Origin: Flavobacteriaceae bacterium UBA5950
GTDB taxonomy: Bacteria; Bacteroidota; Bacteroidia; Flavobacteriales; Flavobacteriaceae
Length of the DNA stretch: 64,000 bases
Direction: 5' to 3'
NCBI GenBank assembly: GCA_002430545.1
Contig: DJCM01000013.1
Span: 28,620 to 92,619 of the forward strand
Shown: positions 29,586-40,400 of the stretch, one piece after another
Layout: every line of letters starts with the position of its first letter
Numbering within the stretch: position 1 is the stretch's first letter
Notes under the pieces: generated by a model
What the model saw: the letters and a program-made list of their open reading frames with translations, nothing else
Told to the model about the DNA's origin: nothing
The model's database searches: none
Made by a program: the position numbers and the translations under genes

Positions 29586-30863
29586 TTAATAGTGACACTT
29601 CCCACACTCCAAGCCACCCATTTGAGCAACTGTGAGTTTTTCTACACCATATTTTTTTGATAGTTCAGCATGAACTTTCTCATAATACTCATTGTTTTCC
29701 AAATCGACGTTTGACTCTCTATGACAGTCGATACACCAGCCCATTGTGAGGGGCGAGTGTTGGTACATGATTTCCATTTCTTCCACTGGGCCATGGCATT
29801 TTTGACAATCGATGCCAGCAACGTCAACGTGCTGCGCGTGGTTAAAGTATACAAAGTCAGGGAGGTTGTGAATCCGCACCCATTTGACTGGCTGTGTCTC
29901 GCCAGTATAACGTTGATTCTCCTCATCCCAGCCAACTGCTTTGTACAGTTTTTTGATTTCGTTTGTATAAAATTCTTTTGTATAACCTTTTTCCAAATCT
30001 TCCTCGCCATTATACTCTGCGATGTTCATGTGACAGTTCATACATACATTAAGAGAAGGAATCCCCGAATGCTTGGATACCCGAGCAGATGAGTGACAGT
30101 ACTTACACTCAATTTCATTGTCACCAGAGTGAATTTTATGTGAATAATGAATTGGCTGTACAGGCATATACCCTTGATCGATTCCCACTTGCATCAAGTA
30201 ACCATAGGCAAAATAGGCACTCGAAAACAACAAGAAAATCACTGTGCTAAACACCAAGAAAGAGTTGTTGATATATACCTCCCAAAGGGGTTTGCGCTTT
30301 GGCTTGCTTGTTTCAACTTCAATTCCATTTGCAATCGCAATTTTACGCAATGTTTGCGTCACCAAAAACAGCATCACGACAAGCACAATCAGTACAAGAA
30401 CCAAGACACCCAACAGCAATGTTGAGGTCGTGTCATCTGTTCCTGAGGCAACTGTGGTGGCTACAACAGCTGGTGTTGTAGGAGCTGGGGGTGTATAGTC
30501 TGTATAAGCAAGAATATTATCAATATCTTCATTACTCAGTTGAGGAAAAGCAGTCATCACAGACTTGTTGTACTCCTCATAAATTGCAACAGCTTGGGGA
30601 TCTCCCGATTTGACCATCGCCATAGAATTCTTGATCCATGCATACAGCCATTCCTTCTCATATTTTTGAGAAACACCTGCCAAAGCAGGTCCAACAGCAC
30701 GCTTGTTGAGCTTGTGACAAGCTGCACAATTCATATTGAACAAAGACTTTCCTTTGTCAATATCAGGTTCTTGCGTAAAAGTTGGAAGGGTGAAGGCTAC
30801 AGCCAACACGATGGTGAGTAGAGTGCGAATTTGAGGAACATTTAGGTAAAAAACCCTAGTCAT
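29586..30863 (-). CDS. actA: alternative complex III multiheme cytochrome c subunit ActA with an N-terminal monoheme domain
   Basis: Six CxxCH motifs: CAACH, CKYCH, CMNCH, CQKCH, CIDCH, CGKCH. The track start at 30884 is a TTG, so ATG at 30863 (MTRVFYLNV..., signal-like) is preferred. Confidence 0.88.
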   Translation of the reverse strand: MTRVFYLNVPQIRTLLTIVLAVAFTLPTFTQEPDIDKGKSLFNMNCAACHKLNKRAVGPALAGVSQKYEKEWLYAWIKNSMAMVKSGDPQAVAIYEEYNKSVMTAFPQLSNEDIDNILAYTDYTPPAPTTPAVVATTVASGTDDTTSTLLLGVLVLVLIVLVVMLFLVTQTLRKIAIANGIEVETSKPKRKPLWEVYINNSFLVFSTVIFLLFSSAYFAYGYLMQVGIDQGYMPVQPIHYSHKIHSGDNEIECKYCHSSARVSKHSGIPSLNVCMNCHMNIAEYNGEEDLEKGYTKEFYTNEIKKLYKAVGWDEENQRYTGETQPVKWVRIHNLPDFVYFNHAQHVDVAGIDCQKCHGPVEEMEIMYQHSPLTMGWCIDCHRESNVDLENNEYYEKVHAELSKKYGVEKLTVAQMGGLECGKCHY

Positions 30864-30909
30864 GTTTTGGTTGTTGTTGGTCAAAGGAAAACACCTTTTT
30901 TTCTACAGA

Positions 30910-30917
30910 CAAAATTA
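30910..30917 (-). promoter_or_regulatory. candidate -7 box (TAATTTTG) upstream of the actA-coxI operon
   Basis: Exact match, 46 nt before ATG 30863 in a 230-nt AT-rich divergent spacer. Confidence 0.45.
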
Positions 30918-31096
30918 CATCACAAACCCCATTTTAAAAACATTAAAACCACATGAATTATAAATTTATAATTATTCTAAATTACTTATTTAATTAACTT
31001 AAAATCAATTATTTATACTTTTTCTGTTTTGACATTATTAAACAAATTTGACCAAAAAATTGCGAGAATTTACCAGCAATCTTTTATTTGCAGAAT

Positions 31097-31468
31097 ATGG
31101 CGGATTTGAAGTCCTTTTGTTTTTTTGTTTTGATGTTGCTTGCTAGTAGTATTTATGCCCAAGACAACGCTTTGATTATAAAGACACCTCAAAACCTAGA
31201 TGATGTGCTCGAACGCAAATTGTTGCTCGACAAAAAGCGCTTGAAAAACAATCAATTTACAATTCAAATTTTTTCAGGGAATTACGAAATGGCACAAGTG
31301 TTTTTGGACTCTTTTTCCAAGTCATTTCCTGAAAAAAATGCAAAACTCACTTTTGAAACCCCAAACTACAAAATCCGAACAGGCATGTTTGGTAGTCGTC
31401 TTGAAGGAGTTCAAACGCTAGATAAAGTTCGGATAAAATTTCCAGATGCTTTCTTACTCAAGCCCTAG
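31097..31468 (+). CDS. SPOR domain-containing protein
   Basis: Signal peptide then a SPOR-like pattern FTIQIFSG...YKIRTGMFGSRLEGVQTLDKVRIKFPDAFL. ATG at 31097 is preferred over the upstream TTG. Confidence 0.7.
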   Translation: MADLKSFCFFVLMLLASSIYAQDNALIIKTPQNLDDVLERKLLLDKKRLKNNQFTIQIFSGNYEMAQVFLDSFSKSFPEKNAKLTFETPNYKIRTGMFGSRLEGVQTLDKVRIKFPDAFLLKP

Positions 31469-31473
31469 GTCAT

Positions 31474-34104
31474 TCACTTGAGTTTTTTCTTCACTGCAAC
31501 CTCGATATAAGCCTCTATGGTATCGCCCGTTTTGATATCGTTGAAATCCTTAATTTGCAAGCCACAGTCATAACCTTTTGTAACTTCCTTAGCATCGTCT
31601 TTAAATCGCTTTAAGGATGCCAAGGCACCAGTGTATACAACCACACCTTCACGAACGACACGCACCAAAGAATTGCGTGTGATTTTTCCATTTATTACCA
31701 TACAACCAGCAATGGTTCCAACGCGTGATATTTTATAGGTTTCACGAATTTCAACATTCCCTTGCACCTCTTCTTTCATGTCTGGCGACAACAAGCCTTC
31801 CATCGCTTCTTTCAAGTCGTTGATGGCGTTGTAAATAATAGAATAACTTCGCACATCGATTTCCTCTTTGTCTGCCAGTTGTCTGGCTGTGCCCACAGGA
31901 CGAACATTAAATCCGACGATAATCGCATCAGAGGCAGATGCCAATAACACATCAGATTCTGTGATTGCACCAACGCCTTTGTGGATGATGTTGACTTGTA
32001 TTTCTTCTGTCGATAATTTTTGGAACGAATCTGTCAATGCTTCTACTGATCCATCTACATCTCCTTTCAATATGATGTTGAGTTCTTTAAAATCTCCAAG
32101 GGCAATTCGCCTTCCAATTTCATCTAAAGTGATATGTCGTTGTGTTCGAACCGACTGCTCACGAACCAGTTGGGTGCGTTTTGCTGCTATTTGTTTTGCT
32201 TCTTTTTCTTCTTCAAACACATTGAATCGGTCACCAGCTGTAGGTGCGCCATCGAGTCCTAGTAAAGACACTGGTGTGGATGGCCCTGCTTCAGTCAATT
32301 CATTCCCACGTTCATCTTGCATTGCACGTACCTTACCACTGTGCTGACCTGCCAAAATATAATCTCCAATGCGCAGTGTACCTGCTTGCACGAGTATGGT
32401 CGACACATAGCCACGACCCTTATCCAAAAAGGCCTCCACCACAGTCCCTTGTGCCGCTTTTGATGGGTTGGCTTTGAGCTCCAATAATTCGGCTTCAAGC
32501 ATTACTTTTTCTAGGAGTTCGTTGATTCCTGTGCCCTCTTTTGCAGACACATCATTAGATTGGATTTTACCACCCCAGTCCTCTACAAGCAAATTCATTC
32601 CTGCCAAACTCTCTTTGATTTTATCTGGATTTGCGTTGGGGCTATCAATTTTGTTGATTGCAAAGACGATGGGTACAGACGCCGCTTGTGCGTGACTAAT
32701 CGCCTCTTTGGTCTGAGGCATGATGTCGTCATCAGCAGCAATAACAATAATGACCAAGTCGGTTACTTGCGCCCCACGTGCACGCATGGCAGTAAATGCC
32801 TCGTGACCTGGCGTATCTAAAAAAGTAATCTTTTTTCCACTTTCCAATGCCACACCATATGCGCCGATGTGCTGGGTGATTCCCCCCGATTCGTCGGCAG
32901 TGACGTTTGCTTTTCTGATATAATCAAGCAATGAAGTTTTTCCATGATCAACATGACCCATCACTGTTACAATAGGAGCACGTGGCAATAGATCTTCAGG
33001 ATTATCTTCGGGATTTTCAATTGTTTCTTCAATGTCGGCAGTGACAAATTCAACTTGATAACCAAATTCCTCTGCAACAATCGAAAGGGTTTCTGCATCG
33101 AGTCGCTGATTCATTGTCACCATGATACCTAAGGTCATACAGGCAGAAATGATTTCGGTGGAGCTGATTTCCATCATCGTGGCAATCTCTCCTACAGTGA
33201 CAAACTCTGTTACTTTAAGCACTTTGCTTTCCGCTTCCTGTTGTGCTGCGTCATCCTCTGTTTTCTGCCGATGCGAGTCTCTCTTTTCACGACGATATTT
33301 TGCTCCTTTGGATTTGGTCGTTTTACCCTGTAATTTTTCTAGTGTTTCACGAATTTGCTTTTGGATTTCTTCATCACTTGGCTCTTCGTGAGCAGGCTGT
33401 TTTTGCTGCTTTGGCTTGGGTTTATTTGGTTTTCCTTCTGTTGAAGGACCTGTGTTTTTTGTGATTCGTTTTCGTCGTCGTCTGCGGTCGCTTTGGTCTG
33501 TACTTGAAGATGATGGTTTTTTCTCAAATTTTTTGAGATCAATTTTATCCCCTGCAATTTTTAAACCTGTTAACTTTTTGTATTTGGTTGTAACCTTTTC
33601 AGTCCCTGTTTCCTCTAGGGTTTCGGGGGTTGCTTCTGTTTTGGCTGCTGGTTTAGGTTCCGCTTCTGGTGAGCTTTTGGTGGGCTCCTCTACTATTTCC
33701 TCTGGTACTTTCTCTTCAACTGGCTGTGGCTCAGTCTCCGTTTTTGGTGCTGGTTTGTCGTCAGAATTTTGTTCCAAATCAATTTTCCCAACTTTTCGAA
33801 GTTCTTTGAGTTCAGTACGTGCCTGAAACACTTGTGTCTTGGTCTCTTTATCCTCCTCGATTCGTTGTCGGATGGCCTCTTTTTCCTTGCGCTTTTCTTC
33901 ACTGACTTCTTCTGAGGCTTCTCGCTTAGTTCGGTCGGTTTGAAAGGCATCAAGTAATAGTTGGTATTCCTGCTCTGAAATCTTAGAAGTCGGACGGGCA
34001 TCTATTTCAAAACCATGCGCTGCCAGTTGCTCTACCGCTCGATCCAATGATATATTTAACTCGCGTAGGACCTTGTTGATTCGTATGGTTTTTACTTCAG
34101 ACAT
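31474..34104 (-). CDS. infB: translation initiation factor IF-2
   Basis: GTPase motifs [24 protein letters not shown]. Low-complexity K/E/P-rich N-terminal region. Confidence 0.97.
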   Translation of the reverse strand: MSEVKTIRINKVLRELNISLDRAVEQLAAHGFEIDARPTSKISEQEYQLLLDAFQTDRTKREASEEVSEEKRKEKEAIRQRIEEDKETKTQVFQARTELKELRKVGKIDLEQNSDDKPAPKTETEPQPVEEKVPEEIVEEPTKSSPEAEPKPAAKTEATPETLEETGTEKVTTKYKKLTGLKIAGDKIDLKKFEKKPSSSSTDQSDRRRRRKRITKNTGPSTEGKPNKPKPKQQKQPAHEEPSDEEIQKQIRETLEKLQGKTTKSKGAKYRREKRDSHRQKTEDDAAQQEAESKVLKVTEFVTVGEIATMMEISSTEIISACMTLGIMVTMNQRLDAETLSIVAEEFGYQVEFVTADIEETIENPEDNPEDLLPRAPIVTVMGHVDHGKTSLLDYIRKANVTADESGGITQHIGAYGVALESGKKITFLDTPGHEAFTAMRARGAQVTDLVIIVIAADDDIMPQTKEAISHAQAASVPIVFAINKIDSPNANPDKIKESLAGMNLLVEDWGGKIQSNDVSAKEGTGINELLEKVMLEAELLELKANPSKAAQGTVVEAFLDKGRGYVSTILVQAGTLRIGDYILAGQHSGKVRAMQDERGNELTEAGPSTPVSLLGLDGAPTAGDRFNVFEEEKEAKQIAAKRTQLVREQSVRTQRHITLDEIGRRIALGDFKELNIILKGDVDGSVEALTDSFQKLSTEEIQVNIIHKGVGAITESDVLLASASDAIIVGFNVRPVGTARQLADKEEIDVRSYSIIYNAINDLKEAMEGLLSPDMKEEVQGNVEIRETYKISRVGTIAGCMVINGKITRNSLVRVVREGVVVYTGALASLKRFKDDAKEVTKGYDCGLQIKDFNDIKTGDTIEAYIEVAVKKKLK

Positions 34105-34142
34105 ATTTGTATTTGATGTTCAAAAATAGGGATTTCAATCCG

Positions 34143-35375
34143 TTAACTCGAAAATTCTGCACTTAATATGTTGCGCACTTCTACAATTGTTTCTTCTTCC
34201 AAGTCGGTCCGCTTGACCAAGTCACTCACCTCCTGCTCCAAAACACTCTTTGCTGTGTCCAGTCCAACCTTGCGAAATTCCTCGATAACCCAGCTTTCGA
34301 TTTCATCAGAAAATTCAGTCAACTCGACGTCTTCCTCTGCTCCTTCTCGATACACATCAATTTCGTAGCCAGTGAGTTGACCAGCCAATCGGATGTTGAA
34401 ACCGCCACGACCAATCGCCTTGGAAACCTCTGATGGGTCCATAAAGACTTCAACCGTCTTTTTTTCCTCATCGATTGTCATGTTTGTAATTTTTGCAGGA
34501 CTTAAAGCACGTGTAATCATCAATTGGTTGTTGTTGGTAAAGTTGATGACGTCAATGTTTTCATTGCCAAGTTCACGTACAATACCATGAATTCGAGATC
34601 CTTTCATTCCAACACAAGCTCCCACTGGATCGATACGATCATCGTAAGAGTCTACTGCAACTTTTGCTTTTTCGCCAGGCACACGAACCACCTTTTTAAC
34701 AGTGATGAGACCATCGAATACTTCTGGAATTTCTTGTTCAAAGAGCTTCTCCAAAAATTTTGGATCGGTACGGGATAGTACAATGCTTGGCTTTGCGCCT
34801 TTGAGTTCAACGCTTTCAATCACACCTCGAACACTATCGCCCTTGCGAAAAAAGTCAGAGGGGATCTGACGATCTTTCGGCAATATGATTTCGTTGCCAT
34901 CATCATCGATCAAAATCACAACACGATTCCGAACGTGATGGACCTCGGCTGTGTAGATTTCTCCAACCAGTTCAATAAATTGTTTGTAGATTATGGTGTT
35001 GTCATGCTCATGGATTCGAGCGATGAGGTTTTGCCGAAGAGAAAGGATCAAACGACGACCCAAATCAGATAGTTTTACTTCCTCCGATACATCCTCACCA
35101 ACTTCAAAGTCTGGCTCGATTTTTCGTGCTTCAGTCAATTCAATTTCCTCATTTTCGTCTTCCACCTCTCCATCTTTCACAACAATTCGATTGCGCCAGA
35201 TTTCCAAGTCTCCCTTATCTGGATTGATAATGATGTCAAAGTTTTCATCTGTTCCAAACTTACGTTTAAGTGTATTGCGAAATACTTCTTCTAATATGGC
35301 CATAAGGGTCACACGATCGATTAGTTTGTCGTCTTTAAACTCAGAGAATGATTCAATTAATGCGAGATTTTCCAT
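34143..35375 (-). CDS. nusA: transcription termination/antitermination factor NusA
   Basis: S1 and KH domains (...ACVGMKGSRIHGIVRELGNENIDV..., AIGRGGFNIRLAGQLTG). Confidence 0.96.
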   Translation of the reverse strand: MENLALIESFSEFKDDKLIDRVTLMAILEEVFRNTLKRKFGTDENFDIIINPDKGDLEIWRNRIVVKDGEVEDENEEIELTEARKIEPDFEVGEDVSEEVKLSDLGRRLILSLRQNLIARIHEHDNTIIYKQFIELVGEIYTAEVHHVRNRVVILIDDDGNEIILPKDRQIPSDFFRKGDSVRGVIESVELKGAKPSIVLSRTDPKFLEKLFEQEIPEVFDGLITVKKVVRVPGEKAKVAVDSYDDRIDPVGACVGMKGSRIHGIVRELGNENIDVINFTNNNQLMITRALSPAKITNMTIDEEKKTVEVFMDPSEVSKAIGRGGFNIRLAGQLTGYEIDVYREGAEEDVELTEFSDEIESWVIEEFRKVGLDTAKSVLEQEVSDLVKRTDLEEETIVEVRNILSAEFSS

Positions 35376-35381
35376 TTTGTA

Positions 35382-35852
35382 TTACTTAAATTGGATTTGT
35401 ACTGTTGCTTTTTCTATTTGATTGTAGGGTACTTGCAAATGCTTGACCACGGTGTGTTTTCCCTTACCTATGGGTTTGGGTTCGCGAGCTTTCCATTCGA
35501 GGGTGATTTGCTCATCATCTGCCTCTGTAAGTGTCGCTTTGATACTGTTGTTATCAATGGTATGCACTGCCAATTTTCGTCCAATGTTCTTTTTGTATTG
35601 ACGTGCCATTTGTAATGGATGAGTAGCGCCTGCAGAAGTCACTTCTAACGAAAAGTCATGCACTTCACGATCGAGTTCGTTCTCGATGTGACGACTGACT
35701 ATGATGCACTTTTGTAGGCTCACCCCATTGTCTCCATCCAAAACGACTTGAATTCTCGAGTGATCGTCAATGTGCAAATCAATCAAAAACAAATCGGGCT
35801 GGAGAGACAACGCTTCCTCGACCAGTTGATGTATGTGTTCTTTAAATTCCAT
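35382..35852 (-). CDS. rimP: ribosome maturation factor RimP
   Basis: 156 aa immediately upstream of nusA. Conserved rimP-nusA-infB order. Confidence 0.88.
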   Translation of the reverse strand: MEFKEHIHQLVEEALSLQPDLFLIDLHIDDHSRIQVVLDGDNGVSLQKCIIVSRHIENELDREVHDFSLEVTSAGATHPLQMARQYKKNIGRKLAVHTIDNNSIKATLTEADDEQITLEWKAREPKPIGKGKHTVVKHLQVPYNQIEKATVQIQFK

Positions 35853-35854
35853 TT

Positions 35855-35883
35855 AAAAAAAAAGGGGACCTTTTGAGTCTCCC
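35855..35883 (-). terminator. terminator-like hairpin plus U9 inside the rimP-nusA-infB leader (candidate attenuator)
   Basis: Minus-strand RNA GGGAGAC-UCAAAAG-GUCCCC (6 bp with one bulged A) followed by UUUUUUUUU, ending 2 nt before the rimP AUG and downstream of the candidate -7 box at 35907-35914. Confidence 0.4.
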
Positions 35884-35906
35884 AATTGTTGATCAGAATG
35901 TTGGCA

Positions 35907-35914
35907 CAAATATA
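35907..35914 (-). promoter_or_regulatory. candidate -7 box (TATATTTG) upstream of rimP-nusA-infB
   Basis: Exact match, 54 nt before ATG 35852. Confidence 0.45.
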
Positions 35915-36013
35915 TGTGTTTTGCCTTTGTTCCCCAAATCATTTCTAAAGTAATTACAGTTCACTAACCGAGCAAACTTTTTCTAACTCATTGAAATTCA
36001 TACATTCGCAGCT

Positions 36014-37273
36014 ATGGAAGCATATGCTAATGCTTTATTGATCGCCATTCCATGTTTTATGGTGTTGCTGCTTGTTGAAATGGCTTATGGCTATACAACT
36101 GGCAAACAAACCTATGTGTTTATGGACACCATTTCGAGCTTGAGTTCTGGACTGACAAATATTTTAAAAGATACCCTTGGGTTGGTGGTGATTTTAATCT
36201 CCTATCCGTGGTTGAGTCAGCAACTTGCCATAACCCAAATCGATGCTGGTGTTTGGCTTTATGTAGTGGCCTTTATCTGCATCGATTTTGCTTCCTATTG
36301 GTCGCATCGCCTCAATCACAAAATCAATTTTTTCTGGAATCAACACATCATTCATCACAGTAGTGAGGAGTTTAACATGGCATGTGCATTACGTCAAAGC
36401 GTTTCAAATATTCTTGGTTATGGCGCCTTGTTTTTAATCCCCGCAGCTATCTTAGGCATCCCACAGGAAGTCATTGCTGTCTTGGCACCTCTACACCTAT
36501 TTGGTCAGTTTTGGTATCATACCCAACACATTGGTAAACTCGGTTGGTTGGAGTATATCATCGTAACCCCTTCCCAACACAGGGTACATCACGCCATCAA
36601 CCCCATTTATATTGACAAAAATCTAAGTGCCATTTTTTGTGTTTGGGATCGGATGTTTGGCACTTTTCAGCAGGAACTTGATGACGAACCACCTGTATAT
36701 GGGGTACTCAAGCCAGTGCAGTCATGGAATCCTTTATGGATCAATTTCCAACACCTTTGGGGGTTGGCTATTGATGCATGGCACACCAAAAAATGGCGTG
36801 ATAAACTGCTTTTGTGGTTGATGCCCACAGGTTGGCGTCCAGCAGATGTCAAAAGGTCAATCCCCAGAGAAGTGATTACAGATGTGTCTCAACAAACGAA
36901 ATATGCCCCCTCGCACAGTCGACTCTCACAGTTGTGGGCAATGTTTCATTTTGTTTCCACTTTGTCATTATTATTATTGTTTCTCTACTCCTTTGGCTCT
37001 TTACAAAGCAATCAAGCCCTGGTCTTGGGAATCATTTTGTTCGTCTCCATCTTTGGATATACAAGTGTAATGGATCATCATCGTTGGAGTATCGGTTTTG
37101 AGTGGTTTCGTATCATCACTGCAGGAATTGTTCTTCAGTTGATGATTCCCTCGTCATTGTCCATCATCTACTGGCCATGGATGACTTATCTCTTTCTTTC
37201 AAGCTTTGCTTTGATTGCCTTGATGCGTGACATAGTACACCACCCCTTCCTAAAAACAAAAAATCCCGCCTAA
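36014..37273 (+). CDS. fatty acid hydroxylase / sterol desaturase family membrane protein
   Basis: His boxes SHRLNH, HIIHHSSEE, HRVHHA, plus an extra C-terminal hydrophobic region. Confidence 0.8.
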   Translation: MEAYANALLIAIPCFMVLLLVEMAYGYTTGKQTYVFMDTISSLSSGLTNILKDTLGLVVILISYPWLSQQLAITQIDAGVWLYVVAFICIDFASYWSHRLNHKINFFWNQHIIHHSSEEFNMACALRQSVSNILGYGALFLIPAAILGIPQEVIAVLAPLHLFGQFWYHTQHIGKLGWLEYIIVTPSQHRVHHAINPIYIDKNLSAIFCVWDRMFGTFQQELDDEPPVYGVLKPVQSWNPLWINFQHLWGLAIDAWHTKKWRDKLLLWLMPTGWRPADVKRSIPREVITDVSQQTKYAPSHSRLSQLWAMFHFVSTLSLLLLFLYSFGSLQSNQALVLGIILFVSIFGYTSVMDHHRWSIGFEWFRIITAGIVLQLMIPSSLSIIYWPWMTYLFLSSFALIALMRDIVHHPFLKTKNPA

Positions 37274-37288
37274 AGACGAGACTTTCGT

Positions 37289-37359
37289 TGGCCTACTAGG
37301 GATCGAACCTAGACTCTTCTGAACCAAAATCAGACGTGTTGCCAGTTACACCATAGGCC
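37289..37359 (-). tRNA. tRNA-Gln (anticodon UUG)
   Basis: Reverse complement GGCCTATGGTGTAACTGGCAACACGTCTGATTTTGGTTCAGAAGAGTCTAGGTTCGATCCCTAGTAGGCCA folds as a cloverleaf: acceptor GGCCTAT/ATAGGCC-type pairing, anticodon stem TCTGA/TCAGA, loop TT-TTG-GT, T-arm GGTTCGATCC. CCA is not encoded. Confidence 0.92.
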
Positions 37360-37369
37360 AATTGCGACG

Positions 37370-37377
37370 CAAAAATA
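37370..37377 (-). promoter_or_regulatory. candidate -7 box (TATTTTTG) upstream of tRNA-Gln
   Basis: Exact match, 10 nt before the mature tRNA 5' end. Confidence 0.5.
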
Positions 37378-37463
37378 AAACAAAGTTTGAGAACCCCAAT
37401 ACTTCTCTTTTGATTTCTCAACCCAATGAGAAAGTTGTACATTCGTACTTCCAAAAAACAAAA

Positions 37464-40400
37464 ATGAATTTTCGCATCTGGAACCTGAGATTAGGTTGGT
37501 TTGCTTTCGCTGTTTCTCTCATCTCCTATTTGCTGACTGTTGAACCTACTGCAAGCTATTGGGATTGTGGCGAATATATTGCCACTGCTGCCAAGTTGCA
37601 AGTTGGTCATCCGCCAGGGGCGCCTTTTTTCCAAATGGTTGGTGCAGTATTTGCCATCCTAGCGCCCAATCCAGAATACATTGCCTTGTCAGTCAATATG
37701 ATGTCTGTGATTGCCAGTAGCTTTACTGTACTATTTTTGTTTTGGACCATTACTGGCATTGCTCGTCGTTTGGTGGATTTTGAAAAAGATGATGCCTATA
37801 CACAAATCCTTGTTTTGGTTACTGGCTTAGTCGGAGCACTTGGTTTTGCCTATACTGATAGTTTTTGGTACAACGCTGTTGAGGCAGAAGTATATGCCAT
37901 GGCAACTTTTATCTTATCGATATTATTTTGGTTGGGTCTTCGTTGGGAAGCTGACATGGACAAGCCACGTGGTGATCGCTGGTTAGTAATGATTGCTTTT
38001 GTCGTTGGCTTATCCTTTGGTGTTCACTTTATGGGACTCTTGACCATTCCAGCCATCGGAATGCTGTACTACTTTAAAATTGCAGAAACTGTTACCCCCA
38101 AGGGCTTTATCATCGCCAATGTGTGTTCTGTGGCTGTACTGCTATTTATCTTTAAACTATTACTCCCAAGCACCCTCGCTTATTTTGGATATGCCGAGGT
38201 GTTTTTTGTCAATGAAATCGGTTTGCCATTCCACTCTGGCACCATTGCAGCAGGGCTGTCTTTGGTTTTATTTTTTGTTTATACACTTCGGTTAACGCAT
38301 CGAAAGGGTTGGGTACAACTCAATACTGCGCTGTTGTGTGTTCTTTTTATTTTGATTGGATTTTCCTCTTGGCTCATGCTGCCTATTCGTGCCAATGCCA
38401 ATACAGTCATCAACGAAAATGCCCCTGCTGATGCACGTGCTTTGTTGGCCTACTATAACCTTGAACAATATCCAGAAACGCATTTGTTCTATGGCCCAAT
38501 GTTTACCGATATGTATGCTGAGCAAGACGAAAAAACCCCTTATGTTGATGATAAACCTAAATATGAAAAAAATCTAAAAACAGGACGCTACGTCATCGTC
38601 AATGAGTGGGAAAGAGCACGCATCAATAGCAATAGCAAGCACGAAGGAATCCTTCCGAGGATGTGGAGCAGTGGGAATGCTGTCAATTATATGACCTATT
38701 ATGGGACTGTTGACTTTGAGGTCAAACCAGAACTCCGAGGCGAAGAAAAACTTGTCGAAACCATCAATTCTTTTATCGCAGAATGGAACGATGGACGAGT
38801 AGATGTCGAGGACTATCACCAATTTTTAACCACATATGCTGCTTATCTCGATGTGGAAAAACCAACTTTTTTCGACAACCTCCAATATCTATTTGATTTC
38901 CAGATGGGCTATATGTATTGGCGTTATTTTATGTGGAATTTTTCAGGTCGCCAAAATGATTTGCAAGGTAAATTAGACCCCATCAATGGGAATTGGATCA
39001 GTGGGTTCTCATTTATCGATAACTGGCGGTTGGGACCACAGGACAACTTGCCAAGCGAATTGGCAAACAACAAAGGAAAAAACAAATACTATATGTTACC
39101 ACTCTTGTTTGGTGTTTTGGGATTTGCCTTTTTATATCGCAAAGACCCCAAACGATTTTGGGTGATGTTGTTACTGTTTTTATTTACAGGATTGGCACTG
39201 AAAGTTTACCTCAATGAAAGAGTTTTTGAGCCACGAGAACGTGATTATGCACTTGTCGGTTCGTTCTACGCTTTTAGCATCTTTATTGGCTTGGGCGTTA
39301 TTTCGATATTCGAACGACTAAAAACGTATATACGTCCTCAATTGGCTGTTCCAATAGTTGGTCTATTGAGTCTACTGTGTGTTCCTGTGCTGCTGGCATC
39401 TCAAAATTGGGACGATCACGATCGCTCGGGTCGATATACTGCACAATCGACTGCTAAGGCCTATCTAGACTCGGTGGAAGAAGACGTGGATGCAATGATT
39501 TTTACCATTGGTGATAATGACACTTTTGCCATTTGGTATGCACAAGAAATTGAGGGATACCGCACCGATGTACGTAGCATCAATACCCAACTGCTCGCAA
39601 CAGACTGGTATATCGATCAACTCAAACGACGTACCTACACCAGCTCTCCGATCCCCTCACAACTCATACACAGTCAGTATGCCTATGGGATAAGAGATTA
39701 TATCAAACACGAGGCATTGCTCGACTCTGTACGCTGGTCTCTCGATGATTTTATGCGTTGGGTCAGTAGCGATCAAGCGAGTACACGCTATAAGTTTTTA
39801 CTTGAACAATACGAGGTTTCAACTACCAACATTCCCAAGTCAACCCAACAGATGATTTATTATCCCACCAATAAAATTCGGGTGCCTGTCAACAAGGAAA
39901 ATGTATTGAAAAGTGGTGTGGTTAAGCCCGAAGATGCAGATTTGATAGTGGACTATATCGACATTGATCTCCCAACCTCAGGGCTCTACAAAAACCGATT
40001 GATGATGCTCGATATCCTACACAACAACGATTGGGAACGACCAATTTATTTTACGGGTGGTAGCTATGACGACAGTGAGTATTTCTGGATGAAAGACTAC
40101 CTGCAACTCGATGGATTGGTGTATAAACTCGTCCCCATCAAAAGCCCAATCGACCCTAACAACCCTTACCAAATGGGTCGGATTAACACTGATATCATGT
40201 ATGACATTGTCATGAATTGGGATTGGGGCAACTCGGATAGTCCAGACATTTATCACGACCCAGAAACAAGAAAAAACAGCATTTCGTTCCGATCGAACAT
40301 AACCCGATTGGCAGAAACCCTAATCGATGAAGGGCAAAATGAAAAAGCCATAACAGTCCTCGATTTGGCGATGGAAAAAATGCCAATTGAAACTTTTGGT

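Noticed and set aside
31868-33826. Several 70-160-aa plus-strand ORFs inside infB (31868-32347, 33122-33391, 33416-33826, among others)
   Set aside because: They are antisense to IF-2. Those over the N-terminal low-complexity K/E/P region translate to Ser/Phe/Leu-rich nonsense. They are frame artefacts.
37362-37463. N-terminal 34-aa extension of the DUF2723 ORF (track start at 37362)
   Set aside because: It starts at a TTG 3 nt from the tRNA-Gln 5' end and runs through the tRNA promoter region. The hydrophobic N-terminus typical of the family begins at ATG 37464.
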